A DNA stretch of 64,000 nt from a virus, in IMG/VR virus record IMGVR_UViG_3300019758_000009, positions 15,800 through 79,799 of that record. One strand, written 5' to 3'. Under the pieces are notes generated by a model. It was not told the DNA's origin and did not search any database. It saw only the letters and a program-made list of their open reading frames with translations. The translations under genes and the position numbers were made by a program. This document shows, one piece after another, positions 8,361 through 15,956 of this stretch (position 1 is the first letter of the stretch; the number at the start of each line of letters is the position of its first letter).

Positions 8361-9215
8361 GTGCAGGCTGAAGCATCGAAAAATGACCTTGATGGAATAA
8401 AGGACATCACAAACGACGAGTACGTTACCTTATTAGCTATTTTAAGAGGGTTTTTAGAGGATTTCTATAACAATCCATCTCTATATATGACCCATACAGA
8501 ATTAATGGAACAGAGGGCTGTATTCGCTCTTAATCATGCATTCAATGGTTACGGGTTATCTTTTGAGAGAGCTATGAACATCGTGAAGCTTGAAAATAAC
8601 GACGGTTTAACGGATATCCAAATCGAAGAACGGGACATGCTTATAGGCCTGATAGATAACATCATAAACTTCTCGGTTGCCGCTGAGCATCAAACGTTAA
8701 TGAGTATATCTGAAGACAGAGAAAAGTCTGTAGATATGGAAGAATTTATGATTACGGCCATCAATACATTTTCCAAATACAACAAGACTTACGCAGGTAT
8801 TGAGAATGAAGATATTTTCTTTGCATTAGGATTGGCAGCTGAATGGCTTAGGTTCGATGCTGAAACGATACTTCAATTCACAACTCAAGGCGATGAGAGA
8901 GTAAGGGATTCTCACAACGCCATAAATGGGCTAAGATACAGGAAGAAGGACTTCCCAGCTGCTTTGATACCCCCAATTGACCATGGGTGCAGGTGCTATT
9001 TGATTGATACAGGATCGACCGATGGTCGCAAGCTTACTAATAAGCCGAATGTATCAAAACTAATAGACGACGCTACAAACCCAGCCTTTAAATACAACGT
9101 GGCCACTTCTGGCCAAATGTTTGGTGAAGACCATCCGTATTTTGAGATTGGTAGCTCATATTTATCTATACTGGGAGCTACGGTGACCAAGATAAAAAGC
9201 AACTTAGGTTTATGA
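8361..9215 (+). CDS. Minor head protein, Mu gpF/SPP1 gp7-like (frame open from 8280)
   Basis: TQGDERVRDSH..NG...PPIDHGCRC and F..N...F...HPYF. Confidence 0.85.
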   Translation: MQAEASKNDLDGIKDITNDEYVTLLAILRGFLEDFYNNPSLYMTHTELMEQRAVFALNHAFNGYGLSFERAMNIVKLENNDGLTDIQIEERDMLIGLIDNIINFSVAAEHQTLMSISEDREKSVDMEEFMITAINTFSKYNKTYAGIENEDIFFALGLAAEWLRFDAETILQFTTQGDERVRDSHNAINGLRYRKKDFPAALIPPIDHGCRCYLIDTGSTDGRKLTNKPNVSKLIDDATNPAFKYNVATSGQMFGEDHPYFEIGSSYLSILGATVTKIKSNLGL

Positions 9216-9652
9216 GAATGTTAAAGCCTGACCAATTTCTGCGTGAGCTCCGGAATATGCAAAGTAAATTCGAAACAGAGCTATTCCGGGCCAGACAAGA
9301 AATCGGAACCTATGCCGTAAACCACTTCCAGTCATCCTTCAGTAAAGGAGGATTTGCTGGAGGAGGTAGTTCCTGGAGAGATAGAGAACATTCTTATTCT
9401 CATAAAATGCTAGACAAAACAGGAAGTATGAAAGAGGCTATTAATTTTAGAGCTTACAATACGTCTAACAATATTGTCGTATCAGCCACTAAGTCGTATG
9501 CAAGATTCCATAACGATCCGGATGGGTCATGGGCTAGAAATCAACACACAAGCAAGACCACACTGCAAAGGCAGTTTATAGGCAACTCAAGGCCTATGGA
9601 GCTGTGGATCAAAAGCAGATTGCAGGCGATGCTAACAAATACATTTAGATAA
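9212..9652 (+). CDS. Virion morphogenesis / neck protein (Mu gpG-like)
   Basis: F..GF...W...LDKTG.M...I; YARFHN; QRQFIGNS. Confidence 0.75.
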   Translation: MRMLKPDQFLRELRNMQSKFETELFRARQEIGTYAVNHFQSSFSKGGFAGGGSSWRDREHSYSHKMLDKTGSMKEAINFRAYNTSNNIVVSATKSYARFHNDPDGSWARNQHTSKTTLQRQFIGNSRPMELWIKSRLQAMLTNTFR

Positions 9653-10263
9653 TGAAGGAATTATATTTAGCGATAAAAGAAATCATCTTAAACATACCCG
9701 ATATATCGGACCCTACTCAAAAAATGTTTAAGACAGTAAAGATAGACAAAGGACAATTCCAGAGAGTGATCAGTAACGTGGAGAACGAAGAGATGGGCAT
9801 AATTTTCCCTGCTGTATTTATACATTTTGTAAATGTATCTTATCTTGTAAGTCAGAACCATATAGGGGAAGGCAGAGGTACAATGAGAGTTAGGTTTGTA
9901 CTAGATAGATTGAATGACCAGGAGGATGAATTCGAGACAGAAATCTTTGACTACGCAGCAATAATCAACGCTGCAATTCAGGATGCTAGGAACACCAACG
10001 CCCAACTAGGAGAAAGGTGTGACCTCCAATATTTCGACATGCCAGAATCAGTTTCCAGAGGACTACAACCATGCTGGCTTGATTACGGTGTTAATTTTAG
10101 AGATATGTCCGCGTTCACGTTCAGAGATTATATCAAAAAGACTATCGCAACACCAGCCCATACAAACTTCTCAGACATGACAGAGGAAAATAGAGACGGT
10201 AGAGTAGATGTGATAGTAGATATACCGACTCAATCAAAGATGAGAGACGAAATATCTGAATAA
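9652..10263 (+). CDS. Putative tail completion / neck protein
   Basis: MKELYLAIKE...FPAVFIHF, and its position after the gpG-like gene. Confidence 0.5.
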   Translation: MKELYLAIKEIILNIPDISDPTQKMFKTVKIDKGQFQRVISNVENEEMGIIFPAVFIHFVNVSYLVSQNHIGEGRGTMRVRFVLDRLNDQEDEFETEIFDYAAIINAAIQDARNTNAQLGERCDLQYFDMPESVSRGLQPCWLDYGVNFRDMSAFTFRDYIKKTIATPAHTNFSDMTEENRDGRVDVIVDIPTQSKMRDEISE

Positions 10264-10423
10264 CCATTTAGCCTATGGTGGCTCTATTATAAAGAAAGGG
10301 TTTTCCATACGCTATACAATAAATCCTAAAAATGCTCATCCATTGTCTTGGGTGGGCATTTTTACTTTGTAAACTATTTGCAATAAGCGTATCTATTATT
10401 AAATATAAAAACACTATAAATAT

Positions 10424-11749
10424 TTGCCGATGGATATAAAGAAATTCCAATTTATCGAAGGCAGTATCGCGACAGGTGAAGTAGCGACTATTAGATTTTT
10501 TGATTCTGTTGACGCATGGTCAGTAAGTTCGTTTGTTGACGAATTTCATTGGCTTGAGAATTATGTAAAACCTTCAAAAATTAAGATCCTAATCAATTCA
10601 GAGGGTGGGTCAGTTTTAAGAGGTATGGGGGCGTTCTCCGCTATCATAAACTCAGAGGTACCAACAGAAACAATTGTCGAGGGTCTTGCAGCATCTATGG
10701 GATCTGTCCTATTGGCAGCTGGTGGCGTAGCTAAAATGCGCGACTACGGTATTATTATGCTTCATAATCCATTTGGGGGTAATGACCCAAATGATCCAAT
10801 GGTCCTGGCTTTTAAAGACCAGTTGAAGGTAATCTATAAAAAACGATGGGGGTTCAGCGATGAACGTATCACTGAAATTATGGATGGCCCAGAGGATGCG
10901 GATGGGACATATATGAATGCTGAAGCTGCTGTCGAATATGGTATAATGCATCAGGACAATGTAATACAAACTCCACTACAGGATAAAGAGTCGATACTAG
11001 CTAAACTAGACACTTCAAACTCAACTGTTAATTACGGAGAGGTATTTTCATGCTCATGCCCTGTTAACTCAAACATTAAACCATCTCTTGATAATTTATC
11101 TAATATTAAGAGTGAAGGGAATACAGTTCCCAATGATAACAATAATAACCAACAAAATTCCAACACTATGGAAAACAATTTTGAAGCGGTAGTAGCTACT
11201 CTTGAATTAGCTAAGAATTCTACTCCAGCTGATGTTATGGCTAAAATTGTTGCTTTGAATAAAGTTGAAGCAAAAGTAGCAGCCTTAACTCAGGATAATG
11301 CAACCCTAACTCAGGATAATGCAGACCTTGTAATTGCTAAAACAGGATTACAAACAAGCCTAGAAACAGTAACTGGTCAGTTAACCGACAAAGAGACTGA
11401 GCTTACTTCGGTAAAAGCAGAATTGCAGGCTTTTCAAGATGAAAAGATCGCCAAAGTAAAAGCTGAGCAAGAGGCCGTTATTGACGACGCGATCAAAGCA
11501 GGTAAAATCAAAGCTGAATCCAAAGATCAGTGGGTATCTATGGCCAACATGAATTTCGACACTGTAAAATCTACCTTAGATTCTATGCCAGGTAAAACTG
11601 TTATTTCTCAAGAGATTGTAGCAGACGCTGGATCAACATTCGTAAGCGAGGGTGGGGTACAGCTAACAGACGAAGAGGTAAAAGCTAAAGAGCATGCCGA
11701 TAAAATCAAAGCAGTGGTTGGCGATATCACATACACAAAATTAGCTTAA
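10424..11749 (+). CDS. ClpP-type prohead protease fused to a C-terminal scaffold (start probably 10430)
   Basis: INSEGGSV, GLAASMGS (catalytic Ser), IMLHNP and YMNAEAAVEYG, then a coiled-coil tail with AIKAGKI. Confidence 0.88.
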   Translation: MPMDIKKFQFIEGSIATGEVATIRFFDSVDAWSVSSFVDEFHWLENYVKPSKIKILINSEGGSVLRGMGAFSAIINSEVPTETIVEGLAASMGSVLLAAGGVAKMRDYGIIMLHNPFGGNDPNDPMVLAFKDQLKVIYKKRWGFSDERITEIMDGPEDADGTYMNAEAAVEYGIMHQDNVIQTPLQDKESILAKLDTSNSTVNYGEVFSCSCPVNSNIKPSLDNLSNIKSEGNTVPNDNNNNQQNSNTMENNFEAVVATLELAKNSTPADVMAKIVALNKVEAKVAALTQDNATLTQDNADLVIAKTGLQTSLETVTGQLTDKETELTSVKAELQAFQDEKIAKVKAEQEAVIDDAIKAGKIKAESKDQWVSMANMNFDTVKSTLDSMPGKTVISQEIVADAGSTFVSEGGVQLTDEEVKAKEHADKIKAVVGDITYTKLA

Positions 11750-11768
11750 TCAATAAAAGAAACACGAT

Positions 11769-12779
11769 ATGGCAGTAAATTTTTCTACTAACACATACTC
11801 TGGTGAAGTTCTTGAGGATTTAATCTCTCACGCAGTACAAGGCAACGACACCATGAATGAAGGCTTGGTCCACGTTAAAAGTGGCATCCAGCACAAATAT
11901 GTCCTACCTACAATCAAATTAGGTGAAATCATCCAGGACAACGTAGCGACTCCGGTTAGTCCTACTAATTCCAAAGGTACATACACTTTAGGGGAACGTT
12001 ACCTAGAGCCTGAAGAGTTCATGGTATACCTTGAGTTTAACCCACGCGATTTCGAAGAGTACTGGAGACCTTTCCAGCCAACTGGAAACTTAGTGTTCCG
12101 CGAACTCGATCCTTTTGTACAAACTAAGATGTTACGCCTATTGATTGAGCGTAAAAACGAATACTTAGGAGAGTCAATCTGGATGTCAACAAAAGGTGGC
12201 GGCACAGCAGCTTACACTGGACCTGTTGGATTAAATGCATTAGGTACAGGAATGAACAAGTACCACCAAGGCTTCATGGCCCGTTTGTTAGATTCTATCA
12301 AATCTGGCGTAGGTACTGAAAAAGTAATTTCAGCAGGTACTACCGCTCTTGACACTGGAGCTAAAGTTGAAGCAGCTTTATACGCTATCTGGAAGCAATT
12401 TCCTAAGCAGTTACGCAAAAGCCGTAAGCTTAAGTTCGTTATGGACATGGAAATTTGGGATCTTTACGACGAATATTTGACAGCTAAGGATGTTAAATAC
12501 AAAGAGAACAAAGATGTTAATGAGCACAAATTCAAAGGTAAGCCAATTATCCCTATTAACGGAATGCCAGAACAAACTATTGTATTAGCTGAGCTAAGCA
12601 CTGGTGCTGATTCTAACTTCTGGATGGGTGTTGATTACGCTAATGATACTGAGGTTGTTAAAATCGACCAATTGCAATCAAATTCTGAGCTATACTTCTT
12701 CCAAATGAGAATGAAGATCGATGTTAACATCGTTAAGCCTGGCGAGATTGCAGTACACACCCCATGGGTACCAGTATAA
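11769..12779 (+). CDS. Major capsid protein
   Basis: 336 aa gene directly after the protease/scaffold and followed by a strong terminator. Confidence 0.75.
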   Translation: MAVNFSTNTYSGEVLEDLISHAVQGNDTMNEGLVHVKSGIQHKYVLPTIKLGEIIQDNVATPVSPTNSKGTYTLGERYLEPEEFMVYLEFNPRDFEEYWRPFQPTGNLVFRELDPFVQTKMLRLLIERKNEYLGESIWMSTKGGGTAAYTGPVGLNALGTGMNKYHQGFMARLLDSIKSGVGTEKVISAGTTALDTGAKVEAALYAIWKQFPKQLRKSRKLKFVMDMEIWDLYDEYLTAKDVKYKENKDVNEHKFKGKPIIPINGMPEQTIVLAELSTGADSNFWMGVDYANDTEVVKIDQLQSNSELYFFQMRMKIDVNIVKPGEIAVHTPWVPV

Positions 12780-12805
12780 TAGACAGATAATAACTGAAAC
12801 ATATA

Positions 12806-12841
12806 AGAGGAATGGGACCGATTCCATTCCTCTTTTTTTTT
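12806..12841 (+). terminator. Rho-independent terminator
   Basis: AGAGGAATGG/CCATTCCTCT stem plus a T-run. Confidence 0.8.
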
Positions 12842-12855
12842 AAAACTATTGTAGT

Positions 12856-13407
12856 ATGGTAAAAATAAAAGACAACACCAATATCGACAGCGCAAAAGCT
12901 GGAGAAACACCGCAGCAAAAAGCAGCGAAAACCAGAAAAGCTAATGCTAAAAAAGTAAACGCTGAGGTAAAGCCTGAAGTTAAAGCTGAAGAGGTAAAGC
13001 CTGAAGTTAAAGCTAAAGAGGTTGAAGTTGAAGAGGTAAAGCCTGAAGTTAAAGCTAAAGAGGTTGAAGTTGAAGAGGTAAAGCCTGAAGTTAAAGCTGA
13101 AGAGGTAAAGCCTGAAGTTAAAGCTAAAGAGGTTGAAGTTGAAGAGGTAAAGCCTGAAGAAGCGATCAATATAACCGTAACACCACCCGTGCAGCCACCA
13201 GCAGACGCGGACCTCAACGAAACAAAAGAAGAGACTCCAATCTTTCCAGAAGACGGGAACGGGAGAACCCACCAGGCATTAAAGCTTCATAGTGACACCG
13301 AAGAAGTGTACATCAATAAGGCTGGTAGCCTGTTCGAGGTTTCTACTTACTCAGAAAAGTTTTTCGGTAAAGCAGTAAAGTACAAGAATCCACACTTTAA
13401 AAAATAA
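12856..13407 (+). CDS. Small virion-module protein with K/E/V/P tandem repeats
   Basis: (E)VKPEVKA repeats. It lies between the capsid and sheath genes. Confidence 0.7.
   Translation: MVKIKDNTNIDSAKAGETPQQKAAKTRKANAKKVNAEVKPEVKAEEVKPEVKAKEVEVEEVKPEVKAKEVEVEEVKPEVKAEEVKPEVKAKEVEVEEVKPEEAINITVTPPVQPPADADLNETKEETPIFPEDGNGRTHQALKLHSDTEEVYINKAGSLFEVSTYSEKFFGKAVKYKNPHFKK
12964..13161 (+). repeat. Coding tandem repeat of 27-bp and 42-bp units (A-B-B-A-B)
   Basis: A = GAGGTAAAGCCTGAAGTTAAAGCTGAA; B = GAGGTAAAGCCTGAAGTTAAAGCTAAAGAGGTTGAAGTTGAA. The copies are identical. Confidence 0.95.
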
Positions 13408-13413
13408 AAATAT

Positions 13414-14685
13414 ATGGCATTATCAAAAATATCGTTTAGTAGAAAATACGGTAATCTATCTACCCCATTAGCGGGAGAGGACCATATCTCGGCGATGGTA
13501 TTCGACGTTACGAACTTTCCAGGCACTACAAGTGATGGAGATGTTCATGAAATATTCAGCTTAAACGACGCTGAAACGCTAGGAGTAACAGCATACGATG
13601 ACTCTGGCAGCGCAGCTAATTACGAGCTAGGTATCCCTCACTTGCATATTTCTGAGTTCTTCAGATTAAACCCTGGAGGTAGTTTATTTGTAGCTTTCGC
13701 TGACTGTTCAGCTAATTGGAATATCATTTCAGATATCCAGAGTTTAGCCCAAGGAAAAGTAAGACAAGCAGGTGTATGGACACGTCAAAAGTTACTACAA
13801 CCAGGAGCTGCTGTTTCCGACCCTTATGAATTAAGATTGGTGGCCGACTTACATTCAAAAGCTGATGAGTTAGCTAAAGTTAATCAACCTATTTCTGTGC
13901 TTTTATCAGCAAATCTGGTATCTATCGATGCCGCTGGCAACACAACAGGATTAACCCAATTGCCAGATATTAGTGGCAGCTCATACGATAGAGTGACAGC
14001 GTTAATTGGCCAAGGTAACTCACCTACTGTAAAGGCTATCCAATTAGCAGATGTGTCACATAACACAGTAGGATGTGTTGGGGCAGCGTTAGGCTTAGTG
14101 GCTAGATCGTCTGTCGGAGACTCAATTGCTCACGTAGCTCAGTTCGATATGTCTGGTGGCCACATGAACACCGTAGCATTAGGATTTGGCGATGTATCTA
14201 TAACAGATCTAAAGCTAACCAATACCTACGCCCTTGACACTATGACTCAAGCACAAAAAGACGGTATTGAATCAAAAGGTTACGTATTTCCAATGAAGTA
14301 CACAGGCTTAACAGGAACCTATATGAGCTCAAGTAAAACTGTATCTAACACAGATTACAGAACTATTGAGCGAAACAGGGTGATCGACAAATCAAGACGT
14401 AACATGAGAACTCGATTACTACCTTTCCTTAACGGAACTGTAGATATAGCCCCTTCCACTGGAACTATTTCTGTAGCCCAGATAAAGGTATACAAAGTAG
14501 CATGCGAAAGCGTTTTGCAAAACATGCAGGATGCCGGAGAGATCAGTGGATTTCAAGTTAGAATCGATCCAGCTCAAAATATATTATTAACGGATACATT
14601 AGCGATTAATTACATTATAGTTCCTAATGGTAAGTCTGCTAATATTACCGTTACCGAAGGATTCGCATTAACAACAACTGAATAA
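13414..14685 (+). CDS. Contractile tail sheath protein (DUF2586-like)
   Basis: HISEFFRLNPG, VGAALG, YRTIERNRVIDKSRR and GEISG...IDPAQN. Confidence 0.85.
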   Translation: MALSKISFSRKYGNLSTPLAGEDHISAMVFDVTNFPGTTSDGDVHEIFSLNDAETLGVTAYDDSGSAANYELGIPHLHISEFFRLNPGGSLFVAFADCSANWNIISDIQSLAQGKVRQAGVWTRQKLLQPGAAVSDPYELRLVADLHSKADELAKVNQPISVLLSANLVSIDAAGNTTGLTQLPDISGSSYDRVTALIGQGNSPTVKAIQLADVSHNTVGCVGAALGLVARSSVGDSIAHVAQFDMSGGHMNTVALGFGDVSITDLKLTNTYALDTMTQAQKDGIESKGYVFPMKYTGLTGTYMSSSKTVSNTDYRTIERNRVIDKSRRNMRTRLLPFLNGTVDIAPSTGTISVAQIKVYKVACESVLQNMQDAGEISGFQVRIDPAQNILLTDTLAINYIIVPNGKSANITVTEGFALTTTE

Positions 14686-14696
14686 ATTTACAGCAC

Positions 14697-15137
14697 ATGG
14701 CATTAATTAACGGTAGATCTTATGATTGGAGCATGATTCGCTTCAACTTTAGCAATATATCTGGAGAGGAGATTGCGGGTATTTCAGGTATCAAGTATAA
14801 CAGAGATAGAAAGATAGAAAACAAGTACGGAGTAGGCTCAAAACCTGTAAGCAGGGGCTTTGGCAACATTACCTTTACCGCTTCTATCACTATGGATATG
14901 AACGCCTCTGAACAGATTAAATCACTGGTGCCTTCTGGAGTTTTGGAAGACTTAGGTGAATTTGATTTAATTGTCTCTTACATCCACCCAGAATCAGGGG
15001 CGACTGTTATTGACACGATTAAGTCTTGCATTTTCTCAGAACAAGGAACAGATGCATCTCAGGATGATACAAGCCTTGAAAAAGAGTACAACCTTAATCC
15101 AGGAGATATTGAATTTGGTGATTCATCACTTATTTAA
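14697..15137 (+). CDS. Tail tube protein
   Basis: LINGRSYDWS, GI..I.Y, YG.G.KPVSRGFG; follows the sheath gene. Confidence 0.85.
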   Translation: MALINGRSYDWSMIRFNFSNISGEEIAGISGIKYNRDRKIENKYGVGSKPVSRGFGNITFTASITMDMNASEQIKSLVPSGVLEDLGEFDLIVSYIHPESGATVIDTIKSCIFSEQGTDASQDDTSLEKEYNLNPGDIEFGDSSLI

Positions 15138-15146
15138 TAGACATAC

Positions 15147-15179
15147 AAAAAAGGAGGTCATTATTGACCTCCTTTTTTT
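15147..15179 (+). terminator. Rho-independent terminator
   Basis: AAAAAAGGAGGTCA-TTAT-TGACCTCCTTTTTTT. Confidence 0.8.
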
Positions 15180-15254
15180 GTACCTTTTAAACCATATTTG
15201 TTCCGCTGTACCTATTATTAAGAAAAGGATTTATAATAACTTATACTTATTGTT

Positions 15255-15647
15255 ATGGCAGAATTTAATGAAGACCAAGAGCAGGAGCTATTGATTAGCG
15301 CCTCATTGCAAAAAGACATCAAAGCTAAAGTAGAAGAGCTACAAAAGGTAAAGAAAGTAAAAAAGGTATTCCCTATTGCCGTAGAAGGTGACGAGGATGA
15401 CGAGAAAGACCTTTACGTCGCGTACTTTAAAGAGCCTACGTTCGCAGATTTCTCGAAGTTCACAGCTATGGGAAAATCAAACGAAACTCAGGCCTTACGC
15501 CAATTAGGCCGTGACTGCTTGCTGGATGGCGACAAAGAATTACTTGATGACGACTCATTATTCCTATTTGGATTAATGCCTCAGTTATCATCTATTGTTA
15601 GATTCAGAAGAAGTCGAATCGTAAATTTATCAAAAGCTGGGAAGTAA
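15255..15647 (+). CDS. Tail assembly chaperone (G)
   Basis: Lies between tube and tape measure. It has YFKEP, DCLLDGD and a slippery site at the 3' end. Confidence 0.8.
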   Translation: MAEFNEDQEQELLISASLQKDIKAKVEELQKVKKVKKVFPIAVEGDEDDEKDLYVAYFKEPTFADFSKFTAMGKSNETQALRQLGRDCLLDGDKELLDDDSLFLFGLMPQLSSIVRFRRSRIVNLSKAGK

Positions 15648-15814
15648 AAAAGTGGCAGACACTTCGACAATATGAAGCGTATGTCAGGCATTTTTTTCCC
15701 GGCGTTGACCTCTCCAATATAAGCGATGAAGAATTCGCAAAACTGGCCCAAGACGCTGTATGGTTAAAAGCTGATTTGAACCCATTTGGTAAAATGGAAG
15801 GAGCTACCCAATAA
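15623..15814 (+). CDS. Tail assembly chaperone frameshift extension (GT), -1 frame
   Basis: A AAT TTA at 15623-15629. The -1 frame reads KFIKSWEVKKWQTLRQYEAYVRHFFPGVDLSNISDEEFAKLAQDAVWLKADLNPFGKMEGATQ* and has no usable start codon of its own. Confidence 0.8.
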   Translation, partial: KFIKSWEVKKWQTLRQYEAYVRHFFPGVDLSNISDEEFAKLAQDAVWLKADLNPFGKMEGATQ

Positions 15815-15842
15815 CACCATAGCGCTTGCACTAGTAAGTATA

Positions 15843-15872
15843 AAAGCCTCACAGTTCTGTGGGGCTTTTTTT
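15843..15872 (+). terminator. Rho-independent terminator
   Basis: AAAAGCCTCACAG-TT-CTGTGGGGCTTTTTTT directly after the GT extension. Confidence 0.75.
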
Positions 15873-15956
15873 GTATATATACGCAGACAACCAATGTCTT
15901 TTGTAATATCCTATTATTAAGTGTATACACAATATTCATTTAAATGAAATAAGCGC

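Noticed and set aside
11777-11791. Third A AAT TTT slippery site at codons 3-5 of the capsid gene
   Set aside because: The -1 frame hits TAA within five codons and no downstream hairpin is evident.
12733-13272. Minus-strand ORFs 12733-13272 and 12846-13217
   Set aside because: They are antisense shadows of the coding tandem repeat.
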